Positions 23,647 through 35,748 of a stretch of 47,623 bases of DNA are shown here, in pieces. How positions within the stretch are numbered: position 1 is the stretch's first letter; each line of letters opens with the position of its first letter. The position numbers and the translations under genes were made by a program. The notes beneath the pieces are model-generated. The model was not told the DNA's origin. It saw only the letters and a program-made list of their open reading frames with translations, and did no database searches. The stretch spans positions 1-47,623 of the forward strand of contig NOWV01000326.1 in NCBI GenBank assembly GCA_003344405.1, written 5' to 3'. The DNA comes from Trichoplax sp. H2 (Eukaryota).

Positions 23647-25898
23647 TTTACTGCATTATTGAGTTATTTTATTTCTTTAAAATTTCTAATATAAACCATC
23701 AGTCACTGGTACGTGTTAACCGAACCTTTCTCAGGTCTACCCCTTGTCCACATTACTGTACAGTAGTACTAGTACTGTAGTATGAGACACTTTCGATGAG
23801 ATGCGCTGAGAAAAGGAGACAGTAGTAGTACAGTACTGTACAGTACAGTACAGTGGTGTATTCAATTTTTAATGCTAAAGTACTGTTACGTCCAGTAGAA
23901 TCATATTTCGCTTTTAACATGGTTTGGAACTACTCAATAAATGATTAATTAATTAATTTATTTTATTTTATTATTATTTTATTTTATTTACTTAGGCTAT
24001 AACATGCATACTGTACTGTACAGTACTTATCTTTGCAAAGTTTACAGTACTGTACTGTAGTGTACAGTGTACAGTTCTTTGTACTGTACTCCAGAAAAAG
24101 TCATCATAACGAACTAGGCGTTTACTGTACCAGCAGGCTGACTCTAGCATCCACCGGCTCGGCTCGGCTACACTCGCGTATTTTGATCAAGCAATCCTCC
24201 CACCCATTTCGATTTTTGCTTTGCCAGGTGGATAAGATAAAATCAATTTNNNNNNNNNNNNNNNNNNNNTTTACTGCATTATTGAGTTATTTTATTTCTT
24301 TGAAATTTCTAATATAAACCATCAGTCATTGGTACGTGTTAACCGAACCTTTCTCAGGTCTACCCCTTGTCCACATTACTTTACAGTAGTACTAGTACTG
24401 TAGTATGAGACACTTTCGATGAGATGCGCTGAGAAAAGGAGACAGTAGTAGTACATGTACAGTACAGTGGTGTATTCAATTTTTAATGCTAAAGTACTGT
24501 ACACTAGTGTACAGTACTGTACGTCCAGTAGAATCATATTTCGCTTTTAACATGGTTTGGAACTACTCAATAAATGATTAATTAATTAATTTATTTTATT
24601 ATTATTTTATTTTATTTACTTAGGCTATAACATGCATACTGTATACTACAGTATACAGTAGATAACAGTGCATAGAGGTAAAAGTTACCTCTATGAAGTT
24701 GACCAGTACTTCATAGGTAGAGCGAGCTTTCAACAGCTCTAGTTGGAATTTCAACATTGAGTGATGAGGATTTTTTCCAACCATGAAAGAATAGGCGGGG
24801 CTTGTTTAAGAGTTCTCCAGTAGGAGGAGCCATCGTTACAGTCAGCAAATCTGTAAAAATTATTATTTTATTTTTATTTTTTTTCAATGTCTGTACTGAG
24901 TCTGTGTATTCGTTAAAGACTAGAAAACTCGGCACAGTACAGTACTGTGCTGTAGCGAACTAGACTGAACGGTGGTAAAAGAGTGGTAAAACCAGTGAAA
25001 GGGCTTTGGCCATTGCCTACAGCATACAGGCCCTGCATGCAGATTGTACAGTATCAGCAACAGTATGTTGACAGGGCAGTAGTATACACCGACGGGATAA
25101 CAGTAATTCTACGTACAGTACAGTAATTTAACCCTTTCAGTGTACATTAACACTGTATTGGGTTAGAAGTGAGTTATGGACTGACTACTCGATGCACACC
25201 ATGGTAAAATTACTACCTTAGTCAGAAACAGCACTGTACTCTACTAGTTTAATTTCATTGGTACAGCATGGCGTGTGCTAGTTTGAATAATACTACAGCG
25301 AGTACAGTGAATACAGTCCATACAGTAGCATATCAAGTGAGTGCCTGACCGGCTGACTCTCTGTTGGAGCTCAGTAAAATGAAGCAAGAATTTCTTTTTA
25401 GCCATACGGAGTATGTCTAAGATATTTTAGCCGATAAATTTTAGCAAGAAAAATCAATGATTCCCTTTATCTTACAGTAAGAGTCATGATAATAAACTAG
25501 GCGTACTGTACACTACAGTACAGTACAGCACCAGCAGACCGAAGTAAGAAAAACCAGTGGTATACTGTACTGTACACTGTACAGTACAGTAGTACTGTAC
25601 CAGTCCTGAGAACCGAACCTTTCTCAGGCCTACAGTATACAGTACTGTACTGTACAGTACTTATCTTTGCAAAGTTTACTGTACAGTACAGTATTGTAGT
25701 GTACAGTGTACAGTACAGTTCTTTGTACTGTACTCCAGAAAAAGTCATCATAACGAACTACTGTAGGCGTTTACTGCACCAGCAGGCTGACTCTAGCATC
25801 CACCGGCTCGGCTCGGCTACACTCGCGTATTTTGATCAAGCAATCCTCCCACCCATTTCGATTCTTGCTTTGCCAGGTGGATAAGATAAAATCAATTT
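23647..25898. repeat. Haplotype-like duplication across the gap at 24250-24269, with a ~1-kb indel
   Basis: 23647-24249 is matched by 24270-24643 plus ~25650-25898. The ~24644-25649 segment is absent from the first copy. Confidence 0.8.
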
Positions 25899-26101
25899 TT
25901 CATTGGTAATAGTATAAATTTGTCAAGCCTATGCATTTCTATTGACCATTATTTTATCTTTATTGCATATTCTTGTATAGCTTTACAAACTGGAGAGACT
26001 GTGCAAGGGTAGCCTATTACACAGATTGTAAACATACTATACGCATTTGCAATATTTCGCATATATACAGTATATAAACAACGGCAGCCATCTCTCTTTA
26101 A

Positions 26102-29100
26102 ATGGGTAACCAGCAATCGGATAGTGGTGATGGTGGTGACGAATTGCAAAGTGAAGATTATAGTCGCTTGATTTTGAGTCTAATTCGAAGGTTTGATGAT
26201 CATAGAGCTAGCACTAATCAGGAAATAGTTTACTCCGCTACTTCATATTTAAATATTGATCAGTCCATAACTTTGAATACTGATCGCAACTTCTTCTTCC
26301 ATAAAATGCTCATCTGTTCCTATTTCCATTTTTATTCTTGGATAAAAAGCGGACAAGTTCAACTCGTACGTTCAGGCGATGGTATTAATTTCGATTATAT
26401 AGATGAATCGGAGAGTGACGAAGAAGAAGGAAAAGGTAAGAGAGTAATTTCATTTCATTCATGGTTGATGAAGATTACATCTCTGTTCTTTTTGCCACCG
26501 TGCTTACACCAATCTTAGTTCAGTGACACACTGTACTCGTGGACGTCGCATTATATCATTCGTTAATTAATGTGCTGATACTTAGATGCAATAATGCTAG
26601 CGCTGGTTATCCGATTAATATATATGGAGTATATTACTGTACCTTATAGTACTGTATAGTAGCATTTATGAGGTATCATACTAAAACAATATATTGTATA
26701 CTGCCTGGACAAAAATACCCTCGCAGCAGTAACTTTACAAAACCAACGAGTTTAAATTAATCATAAGTAATAGTTGAAAACTTACGATGCTGTAAATATC
26801 GAGTTTACCCTGGTAGCAATACGTGTATACGCAACCATGATGAATATGATGATGAATTAATTAATGTAATTACTACGATTTACTACAGAGTTCAATGAAG
26901 TAAGCTCTTTTAAGATAAAGCAGGTGCTGCTGCATACGTATACAGTATTTTTACTATTCTGTACCCTAGAGATCTTGTATTGCCATCAGTTTGTGCTTGA
27001 TAGAGTCATAAAATTACTCGGTTAAGTACGTTAACCTAAAATGAGGAATGAGGTATTTGACATTGCCCACGCATTATAATACTACTGTGATTGTAATATT
27101 CTTAGGTCGATTCTGAATTCACAAAATTGAAAAAGTTATGCTTAGAAAATTCTAAGATTGACTTTTTATAACGTTGTGCATTCAGAGCCGGCTTACTGTA
27201 GCGCCATATTCTGTATTACGAGTACTGTTGTTATAATGCATTACATATTACTCATTGAAAAAATGAAGTTTATATTTAGTGCTCTAAGAAACAAATCTGA
27301 TACATTAGTTGTATGCATCTATTCTATGCTTAAAGTATGAAATAAAGTTGTAATGGAAAGACTTTACTTGATTCGTGAATGTCTCCTAAAAAATATCCTG
27401 ATTTCATGTTGATGTACGCAATATATTAGAGCAACACTATCTTGCTATATATTGTACAGTACATTAATTTCATGATAAACTCTGGTTGATTGACGCCTGG
27501 TAAAAGCATGCATTTAAGATCCATTATGAGCATTCTAATATTGATATTTTATTATGATACTTATAATAGAAGAAATGAATAATACCGAAGTAGGAAATAA
27601 AAAAATGGATGTATGCTCATTAAAATTACCTAATTCTAGAATATTGCATTATTGAACAAGTGGGATGGCCTGACTAATGTTTCTTATCGAATATCTGTAT
27701 TTGTTAAAAATTAAATTCATTAGATTAATGATTTGGAACAACATGTCAAATTGGCTAGCGGACAAATTTTACCGCTGCCTAATAGCATATCACCGATTAT
27801 ACAACAGGTAAATTGGCTCGAGAATTTGGCTTTGGTTTCCTAACCTTATCAACAAATACTTTGAACACATTTCTAATACTTTTAGTCCTGAATGTACTAC
27901 AGAATGTCAATTGTTTTTATAATTTTGTTTCTAACTTGAATAATACTTCACATAGAGACAACAAGGTCTTCGAACGACTCAGGGCTTTAAAGCCCGTGTA
28001 TTATCTAGGTAATTAGGATACAGAGCTAATTCCAGCCTGAGAATTATCAAGGACTCGTAAATTGTTATTTAAGATAAATGTTATTTGTTTTTATTTGTAC
28101 GTGTGTGATCGAATTTTCCTTATGATACAGAAATTCCCATTCTAAGTCTTGACAAGTTTATTCATACATTTTATTTTATTTTACGTTATTAATGACTATG
28201 TAAATTTTGTTATGCTATATTATTAGGTATTTACCGAATAACCACTCCGTCCTTCAAAGATTTAGGGGTAAAGCCTTCTGTGGTCAATTCTCATCCACCG
28301 GAGAGATTTTTATGTCAGCTTGTCAAGGTAATTAAACATTACCGGTCCTGCTCAGTCAATCGTATCTAGGTAGCATCCAGAGGTTGCGTCGTACATGCTT
28401 GATAGTCACAATTATTTAATAGTAATGCTATCACTGTAACGACTTTCATAAGGACCAAATGCACTATGTTATTGCAACCCTATTGTGTATGTCCACAACT
28501 TTTAATTAAAGTGTATCGATGGTGTACTTTTAGATTGTATAATTCGTTTATATGATGTAACTGATGGCAAATTTAGTCTATTTAAATCCATTGGTGCTCG
28601 CGATGTTGGATGGAGTATCATTGATACAGACTTTAGGTAAGCGTGCACTGTAAATTTAAACTTGAAAATTTGAAAAACATTTTTTAAGATATGATTCCTT
28701 TATACTTTGCTTTTCTGTAGCCCTGATCAACGTCATGTAATATATTCCAGTTGGTGTGATTGTCGTAAGCTAAATAAGATGTTTTTTTGTTTTATGATTC
28801 AATTGTGCAGTATTCTATTTGCGATATGACGTACTACTTTCAATATTGTAGTCCATCTTTGCAGCATTAGAAAAGAAAACGACTTGCATTTGGAGCTAGA
28901 TATGAGGTTACAGCAATACCAATATATTACTTAACTCATAACTAGTCCTTTTTAAATTTAACCTTTTAACGCTGTTTGTAAATTATTAATAGACCAACCT
29001 TTGGACAGAGTTTCTGTGCCTTTTCGATCAAATTTTCTCATGATAGTACTGAAATATTAGCTGGGTACTTTGTGAATGGATATAAATTAGAAACTGCAGT

Positions 29101-30653
29101 TTATCTCTGCGCATCATCAGAAATACTTATGGCCTTTATATCTTTATTTTTTTCAAATCTAATATTAGCTCTAATTGTGGTTATCTTTATATTTTCGATA
29201 TGAACGAACATCAACGAACACTAGAGGTTTATAATTCTTAATTTAATCGCATTAATGAAGTATCTTCTTTATAGTTAGTATATCCCTAATTTTTGTAGAT
29301 TCAAAGTCATGAGGACGATGTAAATGCAGTAAAATTTGCAGATGCGTCCTCTCAAATATTCTTCTCTGGTGGAGATGATGCAATTGTCAAGGTACGGCTT
29401 ACTTTGCGTTCGTACAGCAGTTTAGTTTTTCTAGCTAAATCACTGGCTCAATACAAGTAATTGCTATCGAACGGTATAATACGTTATTAGGTTTGGGATA
29501 GACGCACTTTAAGTGAATCCAATCCAGTTCCCGTTGGCGCTTTCGGGGGACATACCGATGGTATAACTTACATCGATTCGAAGGTAAATAATTATTCCAC
29601 ATTTCATAACTGATGATCTCATTACTGTATTGCGTTTAGAACTTTTATTTCGTGCTTAAACTAAAAAGTGTAACAAATACATTAAGTTCTAATTATTATT
29701 GGACAACCGAAATAATCTTATTCTAGAACGATGGAAGATATTTAATAAGTAATAGCAAGGATCAGTGCATAAAACTTTGGGATATGAGATATTTTTCTGG
29801 TCGTGAAGGTGTTGAGGTATGAATGCAAATGTGCTTGCTATTCATAAAATGCAATACACTCGAGGGTTATAGTGTTATAAATATTGCTTGGCACATAATT
29901 CAGGAATCGCGACGAGCCGCTGCGCGTCAAGGCTGGGACTATCGGTGGCAAAGCGCCCCACGCAGACGTAAAAATTCAATTTCAGTTTTAACAATTATCT
30001 TAATTTGATGGTTGAACAAAATGCTATTCATATATAGGACGAAAAAGAAAGCATAAACATGATGCCTCACTCATGACCTACCAAGGACATGGCGTAGCTA
30101 ATACCTTAATCCGCAGCTTTTTTTCACCTATGCATTCGACAGGACAAGTTTGTACAGCTACAGTGATAACGATTTATTTTATAACGTAATCGATAATTCT
30201 TGTTTCCATTATCAGGCATATATATATACTGGTAGCTGCACAGGATCTGTTGTAGGTGGGTAGGAGACATATTTATTTTTCTGAAGTTTTTGCTATGGAT
30301 AGTACTGGAATAAAATTTTAATAAGGGATTTCTTTAACCCCAGTTTATGATGTTCTTACTGGTGAAATTCTCGAAAATATTGACGGACATATATCCTTTC
30401 AAAAAATGCTTCGTTGATTTTCCTTCAATTTTACGGATAATTTTCAAATTTAATTTTTTAAAATTGACCTTTACTTATCGTACAGTGGTTGTGTGCGAGA
30501 TGTTTCGTGGCATCCGTTTGATAATAAAATTATTACTTCATCTGTAAGTTATTTGTTTTACGTTCGCATAATAGCTAGAAATATTCTAACTTAGCTTGTT
30601 ATTATTGATAGTGGGATTGTACGCTCGGATGTTGCGAATATCAGGGAGCGTGA
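26102..30653 (+). CDS. DCAF11: DDB1- and CUL4-associated factor 11 (WDR23), ~20 exons, including one AT-AC intron
   Basis: MGNQQS...LILSLIR|SGQVQLV, YLPN...KAFCGQFS...FMSACQD, ARDVGWSIIDTDFSPDQ, HEDDVNAVKFADASSQIFFSGGDD, KVWDRRTL, GHTDGITYIDSKNDGRYLISNSKDQCIKLWDMR, WDYRWQ, MTYQGHGV, CVRDVSWHP. TGA at 30651-30653. Confidence 0.95.
30391..30483 (+). other. DCAF11: U12-type (minor spliceosome) AT-AC intron in DCAF11
   Basis: 5' site ATATCCTTT, branch-like ACCTTTAC at 30467-30474, terminal AC at 30482-30483. Removal joins IDGH|SGCVRDVSWHP in frame. Retention gives an in-frame TGA. Confidence 0.9.
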
Positions 30654-32437
30654 AGAACTGCTATGTCTAAGGATCTTATTGGCTCGATATGAAAATAATA
30701 AAGCGAGATGCTTTAGGAATTAGCAAATCTTAGTTTATAGAATATTCTAATTTTCGTTATATCTAGTGCAATAAGAATATAAAGAATACAATTGCATATG
30801 ATAATTAAATTTTACTTGTACACGTAAATTTTCATATCATTTCAGAATTTATCGCTGGCTATAGATTTATCAACACCTTGTACTGTATAGGTATGTAGAT
30901 GAAGATGGCACAATACAACTGCTCTACATGAACCATTAAGATCGTAACCTTTAAATATTAGCTGATTACATTATATTGTATTTGTACTACCAAAATAAGC
31001 AATTTGTCTACACTTCTATTTTCGTAAGATAGAATCTATACATTGACCTGTTTGTATTGTATAAATTCTTGCGGTACTGTTATCAATATAAATATTTGAT
31101 TCTTGATGCACTGCAAATAATATGTCTTATTGTAACCGTTTTCAGCTGGTTGAGACTGTATCCATCATCAATTAGGTTTTTAGTTGTAACTGTGTTGTGT
31201 ATTATTTATCAGATTCTTTACATCATATGATAGAAGCACAACATAATTACTGTATAAATGTATTCTTATATATATATTGATATAGTGCTACCGCCAGATA
31301 CGTGGACTGCTTTATTTAGATTTAGCAGTATAGCAGAGATACTGTGATAGCAAATTACTCACAAACGCATAAGTCTAACTAGATATTAGTATTGTATCTT
31401 ATCCGTATATTGTACTTAGTTTGAATAAATGGTATAATTTCCAACTTTGATTGATTAATTTGAATAAAAATTCAGACATATGTTTGCATTTGCTATAATA
31501 TAAGAATTAGCATAAAATAAAGATAACAATCGGCGTCTTGCAAATTTCAAGAATCCTGCCTACATCTGATGTTAATTTTATTATAGTTGGGCTTGCAGTA
31601 TTATAGTATGGTCTAGATGCTTATAAATATCAAAATTATGGATCAAAAGGTTTATAAGAGAGCATATGATATGGCATTAATCCAGAATTGGTCAATTACA
31701 GGCAGTGAGATTCTAAGCCGTGTGTACTAAGAAACATTAAATAGTCCTAAGTACCGTACAGCTATATATTCGCTTTGGTAAATGTAAGATTTAGCCTGTC
31801 TATATGTGTATATGATATATATGTTATGTTATATATACACGTAGTGTTGTGTTTAATCTGTCTCTACATATATGCATATAGATTTATGTTTAGTCTGTCT
31901 ATATATTTATATGAAATGTACATTTTATATTAAGTGATGTTCTAGATCTTAATTTGGTCTACCTAGTATCTGTTTACCGTAGTTATTATATACTGTAAGG
32001 GTTGGAACCAGCAATGCTTTTTGGGTAACTACAGAATGTATTTAAGGAGCATAACAAAGTTAATAAATTAGTCTGATTAACTAACTCTATCTATGAGTCT
32101 TATCACTGCGGTATACAACAGTAAAACTGAAATAGATCTCAGTTGTAGAAAACAAACCTGCGCTAAATTTTATATATATATATTCATAGGTATTTCGCTT
32201 GCATATGTTATAATTTTTAATCGAATTGCAATAGCAACTATAGATTTCAAGCTAAATATCTGAGAAACGGGCAGTTTAACAGATAATTATATCCATTACA
32301 GTTTGCAGGTATATCTAATTTTAGCGATTAGCGATTATCACCAAAACATCAGTGTCTATTGGAGTGCCTATTGCATATGACTAAAAGTGTTACACTGTGC
32401 AGACGATCGGATAGAAGGATCTTTGTCTATAAATACT

Positions 32438-32451
32438 GTTGTTATGACAAC
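32438..32451. promoter_or_regulatory. RFX X-box upstream of the C2orf81-like gene
   Basis: GTTGTT-AT-GACAAC matches GTHNYY-AT-RRNAAC exactly. Weaker sites at 32225-32238 and ~32806-32815. Confidence 0.55.
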
Positions 32452-33135
32452 CGCATCTACAGCGCAGTAAATCAAGAACTAGTCTTGAATTATGTTGTGT
32501 TATACTCTACTGTATGATACAGAACTTTGTCAAGCATGGATTATACTAGCAGATGAAATAAATAACGTCTGGCACATTAGCCACGATCAAACTTGAGCTA
32601 CAGAATATAGAACTTGATATATCATGTAGCAAATTACTATGCGACGGTGAACAAATTTCATACTTAAAGGTACTGAAAGCATCAACTTATAACCTGGTTT
32701 CTACTAATACGGTATCTTTAGAAATTGGAGTATGTGGATGAAATTAGTTTAAACTAATAAAATATCTTACGCGAAGTGTACTTAAAACTGCTGGAAATAT
32801 TTCAAGCGTAGCAACCTACTAAGAAAGTAAAGTACTGCATATAGAAAGCGATGCATTTTACTGTAAGAAAGTTTTTATTTTGAAATCCAATTGCAGAGAA
32901 TCTACAGTACTGGAGTCTTTAAACTAATTAAGTAATAGCACGGTACATTAATTGTTTTATTATCGTACACTAAACACCAGTAGTCACTAATTGAATTTTT
33001 TACCACTTACAAGTGCCTTCAAAAGTTTTTAAAACTTAATTTTGAGTCATCTTGGATTCTATCCAAGTATAAGAAATATCACCATCATTAATATCATCGA
33101 TTACAGTAAATAAGCAAGTATAAATCAGTAGGACG

Positions 33136-35748
33136 ATGAGCAAACGATCGGATAAGCAATCTAAAACACCAACCGTAGCACAAAGTGCTGCACAACCAGC
33201 AAATGATATCATCCACGGCAGATTTACTGAAGTCGATTGGTAAGTAATCAGATAACTTTAAATAAGTTTGCTTGAATAAAATAATCTGTGTCTGAGCCTA
33301 TGATGAAAATACAGTATAATTATAGTAAATGTACTATACTCGTGCATTATAATCAGTTCATAAGTATAACAACATTTCAAAATGGATAATATTGATCGCA
33401 TTGCGCCGCATGCAGGCTAATCTTAAATTTATTTACCTTTTTACAGGAATAATCTCATAGAACTAGAGTCAGGCACAGAATTCGCCTTAGATATTGTAGA
33501 TGAAATAATTGATGGCGCTTTAAGTATAATTTATGAAAATTACTTACAAAAACAAGTAGTACCTTACGTTATGGACAATGTTAAAGCCGAAATTATGGAT
33601 GTAGTCCAGGTAAGACAGTCTCTACAGATTTACGTTATTTTAAGGAAATTAACTTAAAGTGTAAGTTAACGAACTTTTTGGGCTATTGCTATATAGTGTC
33701 AGTTTTTAGCGCGAGATGATGGAGAAGACAGGCCTGAATTTGATCGGAGTTGGTTGGAAGATGAAGGTAACTTAAATAAGTCTAAATTTAACATACAAGT
33801 ACAATAACAAGAAGAAAGTACAGTGAATGTGTACTTAAATTATTTGCATAAAAATATCAATACAAAATAAGATGGTACCTTCCTTAGCTAATTTTTCAAT
33901 GTAAATTTCTTTTACGAATAGAACCTCTTGCTAGTACCGTAGATTCGTGGGCTCAGGGCTCAGTACCTTCGAAACAACCAATTATCGAAAGTCCTATACC
34001 AACGGAAGTTGGAACAAGTGCAACTGAAGTTACGGATACTGAGAGGTTTGCTGTGAGCCTGTAATAACTGAACTCGATCAGTCTCTCGTTAGCTCAGTAC
34101 AAGTATATCTTTTACTGTATAGTATCGAAGTGTTGTCTACGGTTACACCACATGAAGAAGTGGAAAGTGTAGTTGTTAAGGAAGATATTGAAGTAAAAAA
34201 GATTAAAGTAAAACCTGAAAAAGTAAGAAATTACAATATTACGTTACAGAGTAAACTAATAAATCTTTCTATTAATTGATTAATTTTGACTTTGACAATT
34301 TGATTTTAAGCCAAAAGAGAAAAAAAAGTTAAAAGTTAGACGATATCGTGGCAAAGTGCCTACTTGGAAGACTATAGAACCAAAACCTGGCGTCGATCTT
34401 CTAGAAGGCGACGACGATAGTGACATTAACACTAAACGAAGCGGCACATTTGAGCCAAGACCAGCAATTTTAAAGGTTTGCCGTTTAAAGGCGCATTCGA
34501 AATACACGTAGAGTAGATAATTTGAACAACTGCTGCTATACATTGCTCTTAAATTTAGTATCAGTTCTGATTGATTTCTTAATTTTTCTAAAGTTATTGG
34601 TAATGTAATATTATAGCATGTTGATTGCATTTACTCCAGAAAGAAAATATTAGCGACATTTCATATCCATTAATATCCAACGTCTTCACCATTAATAGGT
34701 ACAACAAGGCCGGCCGCCTGGTATGAAGGACGTGACTTACGATGAAAAAGGGAATGTAATCCATGTTGTTAAATTAACTGTTGATACTTTGCCTACTCAT
34801 AGGTAAGTCATCGTCATATTAAATATTCTGGATAATTCTACTTTTCGGCATTAGCCAATTACCTCATCGTTATTCAAGTAATACTGGCATTATCACACAA
34901 TTCTACTTTCGGCATTAGTCAATTGCTTCATCGTTATTCAAGTAATGCTGGCATTATATCACTTTATAACCTTTATTTCGTGTTAATTATACTTCAGAAT
35001 TGGACCAAAATATAAGATTATCGATCCAAGCCATGAAATTGAAGCAGCGGCTCGTATGAAAGCATTAAGAATGGGAAAAGTTGGTAATGTAAGAAAAGAG
35101 GCTCATCAAATCAAGCAGTTAGCACGCACTGGAGCTGTCACTTCTAAATTAGCTGTCGATAGCATCGTTCATGCGAGAGTCGCTAAAGAAAAAGCACTAG
35201 AACTTGAAAAAGACAGGGAACGTACTTCTTCACCGATAGATCCGGATAAATTAGCCTTACAGTCTTCGGAAAAAATGCAAAATATAACAGCTCTGCCATT
35301 ATCACTGGTTAGTACTGTACTGCACTAACAGTTCTCGCACAATACTTTAAGAGCCAATTCTTAATTTGTATTTGCTATTGCCGCAGGTCGATACTATGGA
35401 ACTATCACCAGGAGTAGTAATAAAAGATGGAGATCGTATTAAAAGAGGACTTCGGCAGGTAAAATTTCAGTATAGCATTAGTAAGATATTAAGTAAATGG
35501 GCAACGATCTATTGTAATAGGAACATAATATTTAAAAGTTGTAATGCAGCAGTAACAGTTTCTGATTGTTTCCTTCATATTAGACTCATCGTAAAACAAA
35601 TATGTCAGCTACCTCGCAGCATTCTATCAAGAACAAGGTGGATTTTAAGAATGATTATATTATCAGAACAACACCAGTGATTAAGCCGTTAAGCTCAACG
35701 CCACCGTTAACCCCGATTAATGCTACATCAACTTATCAAGATAACTGA
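33136..35748 (+). CDS. C2orf81: C2orf81 / DUF4639-like protein, ~10 exons
   Basis: DIIHGRFTEVDW, YLQKQVVPYV, QFLARDDGEDRPEFDRSWLEDE|EPLASTVDSWAQGSVP, GRPPGMKDVTYDEKGNV, VDTMELSPGVVIKDG. GT-AG introns. TGA at 35746-35748. Confidence 0.85.
34834..34961 (+). repeat. Intronic tandem duplication, 2 x ~64 bp
   Basis: aattctact(t)ttcggcattag...tcatcgttattcaagtaat.ctggcattat repeated at 34834 and 34899. Confidence 0.8.

Noticed and set aside
24033..25884. ORFs rich in YCTV/YSTV
   Set aside because: Translations of the TACTG/CAGTA arrays and duplicated sequence. One spans an N gap.
31785..31915. Three loose repeats of ttta(g/a)(c/t)ctgtct with AT runs
   Set aside because: Low-complexity intergenic sequence with no evident function.
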